From Betaproteobacteria bacterium SCGC AG-212-J23 (GTDB taxonomy: Bacteria > Pseudomonadota > Gammaproteobacteria > Burkholderiales > SG8-39): a stretch of 64,000 bases of DNA. The DNA lies in assembly GCA_001644455.1 (NCBI GenBank), contig LSTF01000047.1, positions 2,818-66,817 on the forward strand, in the 5' to 3' direction. The notes beneath the pieces were generated by a model. It made no database searches. It was not told the DNA's origin and worked only from the letters and a program-made list of their open reading frames with translations. Of the stretch, positions 1 to 9,075 are shown piece after piece. Numbering within the stretch: the first letter of the stretch is position 1; each line of letters opens with the position of its first letter. The translations under genes and the position numbers were made by a program.

Positions 1-1
1 G

Positions 2-547
2 CTTCGCCCGGCGCCCGGTGTGACTCTCGTCTCGCAGAAGATGGGCATCCACGAGTGGAGCTACGACAACGAGATCGCCGGCGACGCGCGCTACAAAGTG
101 CCCTGGGCCGACATCAAGGCCACGCTGAAGAACGTGAAGATGGAAGTCGAGCTCGGCTTCGACGTCGCCACCGCGTGGAAGGAAGCGCAGCGCTGCCTCA
201 ACTGCGACGTGCAGACCGTCTTCACCGACAAGCTGTGCATCGAGTGCGACGCCTGCGTCGACATCTGCCCGATGGACTGCATCTCCTTCGTCCCCAATGC
301 CGAAGAAGAGGTCTTGAGAAAAAATCTCAATGCTCCCGCCACGAACCTCACGCAGGACCTGTACGTCTCGGGTCCGCTGAAGACCATGCGCGTCATGGCC
401 AAGGACGAGGACGTCTGCCTGCACTGCGGCTTGTGCGCCGAGCGCTGCCCGACCGGCGCCTGGGACATGCAGAAGTTCCTCGCCGAGATGACCTATGCCG
501 GCGACGGCTGCCGCAACCACCAGAACCAGAAAAAGAAAGCCGCATAG
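2..547 (+). CDS. C-terminal part (5'-truncated) of an FAD/Fe-S oxidoreductase (GltD-like) with a 2x[4Fe-4S] ferredoxin domain
   Basis: EAQRCLNC, CIECDACVDICP and CLHCGLCAERCP motifs; frame open back to the window edge; TAG overlaps the next GTG. Confidence 0.8.
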   Translation, partial: LRPAPGVTLVSQKMGIHEWSYDNEIAGDARYKVPWADIKATLKNVKMEVELGFDVATAWKEAQRCLNCDVQTVFTDKLCIECDACVDICPMDCISFVPNAEEEVLRKNLNAPATNLTQDLYVSGPLKTMRVMAKDEDVCLHCGLCAERCPTGAWDMQKFLAEMTYAGDGCRNHQNQKKKAA

Positions 548-2397
548 TGAAAACCGCCACGCGCATCGAAGCGGTCAACGACTTCGTCATCAAGTTCGCC
601 AACGTCAACGGCTCGGGCTCGGCGTCGGCCAACGAGCTCTTCGCCAAGGCCTTCCTGCGCATGGGCATCCCGGTCAGCCCGCGCAACATCTTCCCCTCGA
701 ACATCCAGGGCCTGCCGACCTGGTACGAGGTGCGGGTGACGGAGCAGGGCCACCTCGGCCGCCGCGGTGGCGTGGACCTCATGGTGGCGATGAACCCGCA
801 GACCTGGAACGCCGACGTGAAGGAAGTCGACGCCGGCGGCTACCTCTTCTATGACAACACCAAGCCGCTGCCGCCGTCGAAGTTCCGCGACGACATCAAC
901 GTGGTCGGCATGCCGCTCACCGAGATCTGCAACGCCACCTACGAGAACCCGCGCGAGCGGCAGCTCTTCAAGAACATCATTTACGTCGGCGCGCTCGCCG
1001 GCATGCTCGGCATGGAGCCCGAGGTGATCGCCGAGCTGATCGGCGAGCAGTACAAGGGCAAGGAGAAGCTCCTCAAGCCGAACCTGAACGCGCTGCAGCT
1101 CGGGCTCAACTATGCCCGGGAGCATCTCAAGGACGCCCTGGGCCTGAAGACCAAGCGCGCCTACAACGTCGGCGAGAAGATCTTCATCGACGGCAATTCC
1201 GCGGCGGCGCTCGGCTGTGTCTACGGCGGCGCCACGGTCTGCGCCTGGTACCCGATCACGCCGTCCTCGTCGCTCGCCGAGGCGTTTACCTTCTATTGCT
1301 CGAAACTGAGAGTCGATAAAGCCACCGGCAAGCAGAAGTACGCCATCGTCCAGGCCGAGGACGAGCTCGCCTCGATCGGCATCGTCACGGGCGCCGGCTG
1401 GAACGGCGCGCGCGCCTTCACCGCCACCAGCGGCCCGGGCATCTCGCTCATGCAGGAGTTCATCGGCCTCGCGTACTTCGCCGAGATCCCGGTGACCATC
1501 ATCGACGTGCAGCGCGGCGGCCCCTCGACCGGCATGCCGACCCGCACCCAGCAGTCCGACGTCACCACCTGCGCCTACGCGTCGCACGGCGACACCAAGC
1601 ACGTGCTGCTCTTCCCCGAGGACCCGAACGAGTGCTTCCAGTTCGCCGCCGAGGCGCTGGACCTCGCCGACCGGCTGCAGACGCCAGTGTTCCTCATGAC
1701 CGACCTCGACATCGGCATGAACCAGCGCCTCACCGCGCCGTTCAAGTGGGACGACAGCCGCAGGTACGACCGCGGCAAGGTCATGACCGCGGAGATGCTC
1801 GAGGCGGGCAAGGAGTTCGGCCGCTACCTCGACGTCGACGGCGACGGCATCCCGTTCCGCACCTACCCGGGCACGCACCCGAACAAGGGCGCGTACTTCA
1901 CGCGCGGCACGAGCCGCAACCCGTACGCCGTGTACTCGGAGGCGGGGCCGGACTACCAGTACAACATGCAGCGGCTGCTGAAGAAGCACGACTTCGCGAA
2001 GACGCTGGTGCCGAAGCCGGTGCTCACCCCTTCGAAGGAACCGGCTCGCTTCGGGATCATTTATTACGGAAGCACGAGCCCTTCCATGCACGAGGCCCTC
2101 GAGGCGCTCGCAACGCAAGGCGTCTTCATCAACGCCCTGCGCATCCGCGCCTTCCCGTTCCAGGACGAGATCTTCGACTTCGTCGCCTCGCACACCAAGG
2201 TGTTCGTCGTCGAGCAGAACCGCGACGCGCAGCTGAAGACGCTGCTCGTCAACGACGCCGGCATCAACCCCGCTTCGCTCATCTCCGTGCTGCACTACGA
2301 CGGCACGCCGATCACCGCACGCTTCATCCAGAAGGAAATCGCGGAGATCGTCTCGGCGCTGAACGTGCGGCCCATCAAGAAGGACAAAGCGGCATGA
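547..2397 (+). CDS. korA: 2-oxoacid:acceptor oxidoreductase alpha subunit
   Basis: NVNGSGS, YPITPSS, QAEDELA, TATSGPG, VQRGGPSTGMPT motifs; start taken as GTG 547. Confidence 0.9.
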   Translation: MKTATRIEAVNDFVIKFANVNGSGSASANELFAKAFLRMGIPVSPRNIFPSNIQGLPTWYEVRVTEQGHLGRRGGVDLMVAMNPQTWNADVKEVDAGGYLFYDNTKPLPPSKFRDDINVVGMPLTEICNATYENPRERQLFKNIIYVGALAGMLGMEPEVIAELIGEQYKGKEKLLKPNLNALQLGLNYAREHLKDALGLKTKRAYNVGEKIFIDGNSAAALGCVYGGATVCAWYPITPSSSLAEAFTFYCSKLRVDKATGKQKYAIVQAEDELASIGIVTGAGWNGARAFTATSGPGISLMQEFIGLAYFAEIPVTIIDVQRGGPSTGMPTRTQQSDVTTCAYASHGDTKHVLLFPEDPNECFQFAAEALDLADRLQTPVFLMTDLDIGMNQRLTAPFKWDDSRRYDRGKVMTAEMLEAGKEFGRYLDVDGDGIPFRTYPGTHPNKGAYFTRGTSRNPYAVYSEAGPDYQYNMQRLLKKHDFAKTLVPKPVLTPSKEPARFGIIYYGSTSPSMHEALEALATQGVFINALRIRAFPFQDEIFDFVASHTKVFVVEQNRDAQLKTLLVNDAGINPASLISVLHYDGTPITARFIQKEIAEIVSALNVRPIKKDKAA

Positions 2398-2407
2398 CCG
2401 TGCATCT

Positions 2408-3463
2408 ATGACATTTCTCGCCAAGCCGAAACTCCACCACCCGACGCTGCCGAAGAACAAGCTCGGCTTCACGCGCCGCGACTACGAAGGCAAGGTCTCG
2501 ACCCTGTGCGCCGGCTGCGGCCACGACTCCATCTCCGCCGCGCTCATCCAGGCCTTCTGGGAGCTCGACATCCAGCCGCACCGCGTCGCCAAGATGTCCG
2601 GCATCGGCTGCAGCTCCAAGACCCCGGACTACTTCCTCGGCCAGTCGCACGGCTTCAACACCGTTCACGGCCGCATGCCCTCGGTCCTCACCGGCGCCAA
2701 CCTGGCGAACCGCGACCTTATCTACCTGGGGGTTTCCGGCGATGGCGACTCCGCCTCGATCGGCCTCGGCCAGTTCGCCCACGTCATGCGCCGCGGCGTG
2801 AACATGACCTACATCCTCGAGAACAATGGCGTCTACGGCCTCACCAAGGGCCAGTTCTCCGCCACCGCCGATAAGGGCAGCAAGGCGAAGAAGGGCTCGA
2901 TCAACGCCGACTCCGCGATCGACACCGTCAGCCTCGCGCTCCTCATGGGCGCCACCTTCGTCGCGCGCAGCTTCAGCGGCGACAAGCACCAGCTCGTCCC
3001 GCTCGTGAAGGCCGCCATCGCCCACCAGGGCGCGGCCTTCATCGATGTCATCAGCCCGTGCGTCGCCTTCAACAACCACGCCGGCAGCACCAAGAGCTAC
3101 GAGTACATCCGGGAGCACAACGAGGCCGTCAACCGCCTCGACTTCTGGCCGACCCGCGAGGCGATCACCGTCGACTACTCCGCCGGCGGCGTCATCGAAG
3201 TCCCGACCCACGACGGCTCGATCCTCAAGCTGCGGAAGCTGCACGAAGACTACGACCCGAGCGACAAGATCAACGCCAGCGCCATGATCGCCAGCGCCGC
3301 CGTCAAGGGCGAGGTGCTCACCGGCCTCCTATACGTCGCGCCCGATGCGGAAGACCTTCACGCCCACCTCAATACCTACGAGACGGCGTTCAACACGCTC
3401 GGTGAGAAGGAGCTGTGCCCCGGGTCGGCGATGCTGGAGAAGATCAACGCTGGTTTGCGGTAG
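2408..3463 (+). CDS. korB: 2-oxoacid:ferredoxin oxidoreductase beta subunit (TPP-binding)
   Basis: CAGCGH, SGIGCSS, HGR, GDGD..SIG, NNGVYGLTKGQ, SPC motifs. Confidence 0.9.
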   Translation: MTFLAKPKLHHPTLPKNKLGFTRRDYEGKVSTLCAGCGHDSISAALIQAFWELDIQPHRVAKMSGIGCSSKTPDYFLGQSHGFNTVHGRMPSVLTGANLANRDLIYLGVSGDGDSASIGLGQFAHVMRRGVNMTYILENNGVYGLTKGQFSATADKGSKAKKGSINADSAIDTVSLALLMGATFVARSFSGDKHQLVPLVKAAIAHQGAAFIDVISPCVAFNNHAGSTKSYEYIREHNEAVNRLDFWPTREAITVDYSAGGVIEVPTHDGSILKLRKLHEDYDPSDKINASAMIASAAVKGEVLTGLLYVAPDAEDLHAHLNTYETAFNTLGEKELCPGSAMLEKINAGLR

Positions 3464-3628
3464 GGGTTTTTTGGAACGTCATACCGCTGAGTTCCGAGGT
3501 ACGTTGCTGCATGCTTGATCATCCGGACGGCAAAATTGCGCTCCCACCGCGCACTTGCAACGCACCGCCCCTACTGAGTTAGCGGCTCGAGGCCGGGGGC
3601 GGCGCGCTGTGGATAGTTCTTTATCTCA

Positions 3629-4384
3629 ATGTCCACCGCTGTCCGTGGAATACACTTCCCCGCAGGGGGGGTACCGATGTTCGAGCCAGTCTCAAGAGAG
3701 CCGCAGAACGCGATTGCGCTGATCTTCGACCTTGAAGGCTTCTCTCGCTTTTTCAATCAGCCAGACGTATCGCATTACCTCGCCGCGTTCCTGAACCACG
3801 TATTCGGCGCCGTACAACTGATTCTCAAAGGTGGGGATGCCTACTGGACTACAAAGCCGGTTGTCTTCAACTCGCTGGGCTTCACGATCCTGCAAGAGAA
3901 ATTCATGGGCGATGGCGCTCTTATCATCCTCTTGCCACCGAAGCCCCAGACCACCGACAACGATCACACCCGCACACTCTGCAATCGCCTGTGGACACTG
4001 AAGAACAACTTCCATCGCGTGCTGGAACGCTGTGCCGATGATGTGCCCGTCCATGACCTACCTCCGCGGATCCGCTTTGGATTAGCCCGCGGCTCCGTAA
4101 TCGAACTCAAGTTGAACGGAAGTATCGAGTACGTCGGGTTCTGCATCAATCTGGCTAGCCGTCTTCAAAAGTACTGTCCCGAACTAGGCTTTATCAGTTC
4201 TGCTCGCGTCGGGCTCAGTCAGGAAACTCTGTCTACCCATGGCTACGTAAAGGTCGTGGCGACACAGATTCGCGGGTTCCCGAAGGAGATAGTGTTTGTA
4301 GACAAAGACGAATTGAAACTGCTGCCCAAGGAAAGATTTAGCGAACTATTTGCTGATCTGAAGAAGGCTAAGTCAGGTGAGTGA
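3629..4384 (+). CDS. Stand-alone class III nucleotide (adenylate/guanylate) cyclase domain protein; start may be ATG 3677
   Basis: IFDLEGFS, EKFMGDGA, IRFGLARG and GFCINLASRLQ match class III cyclase catalytic motifs. Confidence 0.8.
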   Translation: MSTAVRGIHFPAGGVPMFEPVSREPQNAIALIFDLEGFSRFFNQPDVSHYLAAFLNHVFGAVQLILKGGDAYWTTKPVVFNSLGFTILQEKFMGDGALIILLPPKPQTTDNDHTRTLCNRLWTLKNNFHRVLERCADDVPVHDLPPRIRFGLARGSVIELKLNGSIEYVGFCINLASRLQKYCPELGFISSARVGLSQETLSTHGYVKVVATQIRGFPKEIVFVDKDELKLLPKERFSELFADLKKAKSGE

Positions 4385-5270
4385 CTCGGAGTCCGGCGAC
4401 TTCGAAATCCGAATTGATTTCAAGCGAGGCACCGGCGACCCTACTCGCGTATTCCGTTCGATGGCCGCTCTAATCGAATCCGCGCAAAGGCTCGACGAAC
4501 ACCTTGCGCTAATGATTGGTGCGAATGTCCGAACGGCGCTTGTGCTACAAGACGTTGAAGCTGGGTCTCTCAAGTCCAAGCTACGATCCGTTGTTGAAGC
4601 ACTTCCAGATGAACCGCTCCGCCAAGGAGAAATAAAGAAGTTGATCGGTCACTTCCTACTCAAGGGCAAGCACAAGATCATAGATTGGTGCGCCGAACGC
4701 AAGGAGGTGAGCGATCGAACCGAGGTGAAGCAACTCGAAACCGAACTAGAAACGCTTGCCAAGGACACGGACGTTAAGGTCCTGCCGGCATACACGCCTG
4801 TCCATACCCCTACGCTGCTGGCGGACATCTCACAGGTAAAGAATGCACTTAGCGTTCTTAGCCAGGATGACAACGCCACGCTGTCATCGAGCGAGGGCGT
4901 ATCGCAGTACAACAAAGACTTGATGGTTTCAGAGGAGGTAGTCCGCGACCTAGTTACGCGCGAGCGCCTATCCACGGTCGGAGAGCGAATACTGAAGGTT
5001 AAGAAGCCGGACTATCTTGGTACGTCGAAATGGACGTTCCGGTACGGCTCCCATATTGTCGAGGCCAAGGTCACCGACGCTTCTTGGCTAACTCGATTTC
5101 AAAGCAATTTGGAGCTTGTCCATCCCGGCGACTCTCTTAGGGTATTGCTCTATGAACAAGCTGCCTACGGGGAGGACAACGAATTAATCCACACTGAAGT
5201 TGAAGTACAGAAGGTCCTCGAGGTGATTCGCGGGAGTCAAGGTGCGCAAGGCCGCTTGCTGGACAGCTAG
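4377..5270 (+). CDS. Hypothetical protein (297 aa), overlaps the cyclase stop by 8 nt
   Basis: Long ORF in lower-GC DNA, globular composition, translational coupling; no motif recognised. Confidence 0.75.
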   Translation: MSDSESGDFEIRIDFKRGTGDPTRVFRSMAALIESAQRLDEHLALMIGANVRTALVLQDVEAGSLKSKLRSVVEALPDEPLRQGEIKKLIGHFLLKGKHKIIDWCAERKEVSDRTEVKQLETELETLAKDTDVKVLPAYTPVHTPTLLADISQVKNALSVLSQDDNATLSSSEGVSQYNKDLMVSEEVVRDLVTRERLSTVGERILKVKKPDYLGTSKWTFRYGSHIVEAKVTDASWLTRFQSNLELVHPGDSLRVLLYEQAAYGEDNELIHTEVEVQKVLEVIRGSQGAQGRLLDS

Positions 5271-5329
5271 GGCCTAGTTGAGAGGAACAAGATGTTCGGT
5301 ACAGAAGCCAGTGACCCGAGGGAAGTCCG

Positions 5330-6436
5330 GTGAAGCTGAACCGGGAAGCGCTGTTACATGCTTATGAGGAGGAATTCGCTCTATACGAGGCCTTCGCCGC
5401 TAAGACCGCCGATCTGCTCGTACAACTCCTACAACACGCAAAGATTCGCATCCATGCAATCAATCCACGGGCGAAAACGAAATCGAGCTTTGCGCAAAAG
5501 ATATCTCGGCCTGCCGCAGTGTATACGTGTCTCGATGATGTAACCGATATCGCAGGCGTCCGAGTAATCGCATACTTTGCTGATGATGTAGATAGGATTG
5601 CCGAGGTAATCCGTCGAGAGTTTGAAATCGACGCGGCGAACTCCGTAGATAAGCGGGCGCTGCTCGATCCGGACCGCTTCGGCTACCTATCTTTGCACTA
5701 TGTTGTCTCACTGACTAAGCGGCGCGCAAAGCTAGGGGAATACAGCCGCTTTACAGGTAAGAGGGTCGAAATTCAGATCCGGTCGGTCCTGCAGCATTCA
5801 TGGGCGGAGATTGAGCACGACCTAGGTTACAAAGCAAAGGTGGAAGTGCCCGCGCCTATTTTCCGCAAATTCTCGCGTCTCGCCGGCCTCTTGGAATTGG
5901 CTGACGAGCAGTTCCAAAAGATCAGGGATGAACTGTCAGCCTATGCCGCGAAAGTGCCATCCCAAATTCAAGCGCGGCCTCAAGATGTACCGATTGACGC
6001 TATTACTTTGGTTGCATTCTTGGGTTCAAACGGCCTCACCCCGCTACTCGCTGAGAAGATTGCCCAAACACAAGGCCGGAAGGTAGTCAAAACCCCTGCT
6101 AAAGAGGCAGCCGGGCGCTGCGTCTCGATGCTCGCCTTTGTCGGTGTGCGGACAATTTCGGTGCTGGCCAAAGCGCTCAAGGATCACGGTGACAAGATAC
6201 TGGATTTGGCGAGCTCGATTTACCGCATCGCCCCGGAAGATCCACGGCCCACGTCTCCCGTCGAACCGGCGACACCAGTCTTCTACCTTGGCTATGTACT
6301 GCTCGCGAAGACGGGGAATGCAGACGCGGTAAAGAAGTATCTCGACGAATGGCAACTTGGTGACCCCAACACTCGCATGGAGTTCAGTATGCGGCTCTTG
6401 AATTGGTTCAAGACGGGAGACCCTAACAAGTCTTAG
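5330..6436 (+). CDS. RelA/SpoT synthetase-domain protein (small alarmone synthetase-like) with about 160-aa unknown C-terminal extension
   Basis: RAK...S...K, DIAGVR, GYLSLH, EIQIRS.LQHSWAEIEHDLGYK motifs; GAGGGAAG before GTG. Confidence 0.88.
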   Translation: MKLNREALLHAYEEEFALYEAFAAKTADLLVQLLQHAKIRIHAINPRAKTKSSFAQKISRPAAVYTCLDDVTDIAGVRVIAYFADDVDRIAEVIRREFEIDAANSVDKRALLDPDRFGYLSLHYVVSLTKRRAKLGEYSRFTGKRVEIQIRSVLQHSWAEIEHDLGYKAKVEVPAPIFRKFSRLAGLLELADEQFQKIRDELSAYAAKVPSQIQARPQDVPIDAITLVAFLGSNGLTPLLAEKIAQTQGRKVVKTPAKEAAGRCVSMLAFVGVRTISVLAKALKDHGDKILDLASSIYRIAPEDPRPTSPVEPATPVFYLGYVLLAKTGNADAVKKYLDEWQLGDPNTRMEFSMRLLNWFKTGDPNKS

Positions 6437-6457
6437 TGGAACCGTGGAAACACTTAG

Positions 6458-6706
6458 TCAATACATGCTGCGAAGCATTCCTGAGATGGTCCGGATGCCT
6501 TCTAAGTAGTGCCCCACCGCATGTTCTCGTCGAAGGTGTGCTGGTTGTTGTCGCCGTTGACGAGCGGGACGATGACGAAGGGAGCGCCGAGGATCTCGAC
6601 GAGGGAGTCGGTGGGAACGCTGCCGCCCTTCATGCGGATGCGGACGGGCACGCCGCTCGAGCTGTCTTCTGTAGGGCCTCGTTAGGCCCATCTGCCGAGA
6701 GCGATT
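6458..6706 (-). pseudogene. Decayed duplicate of the 3' end of the M20 peptidase gene (9076-9326)
   Basis: Near-identical DNA to 9125-9326 with indels; tail reads GHYLEGIRTISGMLRSMY* vs GHYVEGVRTITGMLRAPY*. Confidence 0.9.
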
Positions 6707-6797
6707 TGATCCTATTGTCTTAGCTGGTCAGTTTTCTGCAAGGTTGGGTGTCAACTCCTTCCTCGCAAACGAATGTAAGAGCCCCTAGAGTCGCCGC

Positions 6798-9059
6798 GTG
6801 ACGGAAATCGCAGCCGCCGCGCCGCAGACGGGGACCTTCGAGAAGCTCCTCGCGGAGAGCCGCGATCTATTCACCACGCGGCTCGGCGCCGCGCTCGGCG
6901 CGATGCTCGACAAGGCGGACGAGACGCTGACGGCGCTCATCACCGAGAGCAAGGACCGCGAGGCGCAGGCCGTCTGGCAGGAAACGCGCAAGCTGCTCGG
7001 CGTCGAGCGCAAGAAGCTCCAGGTCGAGTTCCAGAAGGCGTACGGCAAGGAGTTCAGCGCCCGCGGCAGGACCGCGGGCGAGAGCTCGGACAAGTTCTCG
7101 GAGCTCGCCCGCTCGCTCACCCTGGTGGGCGACGACGACCTCGAGGAGGCGCTCAAGTTCAAGGAGCTGGCGACCAAGCTGCAGCGCTACTGCGACGAGG
7201 AGCTCGTAGCCCTCGACCAGCGCGTGGGCGTGCTGCTCGGCGACGCCAATCTCGCGGCGGACGCGAATCCCTTCAGCCCCGAGGCCGTCTGCTTCTCGTT
7301 CCTGCAGGCGTGCCACGAGACCACCGCCGACGCGCGCATCCGCGGCGTGCTGCGCACGCTGTTCGACGACCACGTGATGGATGCGTTCCGCGCGATCTAC
7401 AAGGCGTTGAACGCGCTGCTGGTGAAAAACGGCATCCTGCCGACGATCAGGTACCGCGCCACGAAATCCAAGGACACCACCGGGAACCTGTCCCGCAAGA
7501 AGCTGGCCAAGAAAGCCGCCGGCGAAGAGGAAGACGACGAGGAGGAAGCCGGCGCCGCGGACGCCGGCACCGACCTGTTCGCCATGCTGCAAAAGCTGGT
7601 CGCCAGCAACGCCGGCGCGGCGGGCCTCGCCATCGGGGTGGCGCCGGGGCTCGCGCCCGGGCAGCAGGTCCTGCAGGGCGCCGAGCTGCTCGGCTCGCTG
7701 ACCCGGATCCAGAAGGGCGACGTCGCCGGCGTTGGCGGCGAGCTGACCGGGATCGCACTGGCCGCGGGCGGCGCGGGCACCGCCGGCGCCGAGACGGCGA
7801 ACGTGCTGCGCGAGTTGAAGAGCTCGAGCTTCGGCGCGGGCATGGGGCAGATGGACGCCATGACGCTCGACATCGTGGCGATGCTCTTCGACATGCTGTT
7901 CGACGACCCGAAGGTGCCGATTGCGCTGAAGGGCCTCGTCGGCCGGCTGCAGATTCCGCTGCTCAAGGTGGCGATCACGGACAAGGCGTTCTTCGCGAAG
8001 AAAACGCATCCCGCGCGGACGATGCTCGACGCCTTCGGCGAGGTCGCGCTGCGCCTGCCGCAGGACTTCGGGCCGGAGCATCCGCTGTTCGTCAAGCTCG
8101 AGGCGATCGTGCAGTACGTGGTCGACGCTTTCCAGGAAGACGTCGCGGTATTCGCATCGGTCGACCAGCAGCTGCACAACGTGATCGCCGAGGAAGACGT
8201 GCGTGTCGCGGTCGAGGCGCGCGCGGTGACCGAGCAGGCGGAGCAGGCCGAGAACCTCGCTGTCGCCAAGAGCGCCGCCGAGGACGAGGTGCGGCCGCGC
8301 GTGCAGTCGCAGGCGCTGCCCGGCCCGGTGCGCGAGTTCCTGGCGCGGGAGTGGCTGCGCGTCCTGCTCATGCTGCACGCCAAGTCAGGGCCCGAGAGCG
8401 CCGAGTGGCAGGACGCGCTCGCGGTGATGGACGAGATGATCTGGAGCCTGCAAGCCAGGCCGACGCCAGAGGATCGGCGCAAGCTCGCGGCGCTGGTGCC
8501 GGGACTGGTGAAGCGCATCTCCGCCGGGCTGCAGACCCTCGAGGCGCCCGAGGAGGTGCGCACCGCGCTCTTCGCGGAGCTGATGAAGGTGCACACCGAG
8601 ATCCTGCACCCGAAGCCGAAGGACGCTGCCGCCGCGCCGGAGCCCGTGGCGCCGCTGGTCGACGAGCCGAGCGGGCCGGCGACGCTCGACTTCACGGCGT
8701 CGGTCACGGTGAGGAACCCCTACGGCGAGGGGAAGGTGCAGGTCAGCGCGCCGGCCACCAGATCGGAGCCGCCGGCGAACCTCGAGGTGGGGGACTGGGT
8801 CGAGTTCCGGCCGAAGGACGGCGGGCAGCCGCCGTTCCCCAAGAAGCTGCTGTTCCACACGCCAAAGCGCTCGGCCTACATCTTCTCGGAACGCAACGGC
8901 AAGGAGATGATCAATCTCTCGCGCCAGGAGTTGGTGCGGCGGCTGCGCACCGGAGAAGCGGTGCGGCTCGACGAGGCGCCCGAAGAGCCGCTCTTCGACC
9001 GCATCCTGAACGGCCTGGTCGGCAAGCTGAAAGGCACCCCCGCGGCCCAAGCGGCCTGA
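6798..9059 (+). CDS. DUF1631-like large helical protein
   Basis: 753 aa; LSLVxDxxLEE-like, NPFSP, RLQIPLLKVA, HPAR, VGDWVEF segments typical of this family. Confidence 0.75.
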   Translation: MTEIAAAAPQTGTFEKLLAESRDLFTTRLGAALGAMLDKADETLTALITESKDREAQAVWQETRKLLGVERKKLQVEFQKAYGKEFSARGRTAGESSDKFSELARSLTLVGDDDLEEALKFKELATKLQRYCDEELVALDQRVGVLLGDANLAADANPFSPEAVCFSFLQACHETTADARIRGVLRTLFDDHVMDAFRAIYKALNALLVKNGILPTIRYRATKSKDTTGNLSRKKLAKKAAGEEEDDEEEAGAADAGTDLFAMLQKLVASNAGAAGLAIGVAPGLAPGQQVLQGAELLGSLTRIQKGDVAGVGGELTGIALAAGGAGTAGAETANVLRELKSSSFGAGMGQMDAMTLDIVAMLFDMLFDDPKVPIALKGLVGRLQIPLLKVAITDKAFFAKKTHPARTMLDAFGEVALRLPQDFGPEHPLFVKLEAIVQYVVDAFQEDVAVFASVDQQLHNVIAEEDVRVAVEARAVTEQAEQAENLAVAKSAAEDEVRPRVQSQALPGPVREFLAREWLRVLLMLHAKSGPESAEWQDALAVMDEMIWSLQARPTPEDRRKLAALVPGLVKRISAGLQTLEAPEEVRTALFAELMKVHTEILHPKPKDAAAAPEPVAPLVDEPSGPATLDFTASVTVRNPYGEGKVQVSAPATRSEPPANLEVGDWVEFRPKDGGQPPFPKKLLFHTPKRSAYIFSERNGKEMINLSRQELVRRLRTGEAVRLDEAPEEPLFDRILNGLVGKLKGTPAAQAA

Positions 9060-9075
9060 TACGCGCGCCGCGAGG

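Larger units (their letters stand above)
3464..6457. other. Lower-GC horizontally acquired three-gene cassette (no mobility gene seen)
   Basis: Spot-counted 60-nt lines give 45-58% GC vs about 70% in a flank line; many A/T-ending codons; abrupt edges. Confidence 0.8.

Noticed and set aside
55..546. N-terminal extension of the 780-aa ORF
   Set aside because: Arg-rich shadow frame over the upstream Fe-S gene; the korA-like sequence starts at GTG 547.
3629..5270. Canonical Pycsar or CBASS call for the cyclase cassette
   Set aside because: The adjacent protein shows no TM helices, cNMP-binding or TIR motifs, and the cyclase is class III, not a CD-NTase.
6436..6723. Plus-strand 95-aa ORF as a fourth cassette gene
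   Set aside because: It is the antisense reading of the duplicated peptidase tail.
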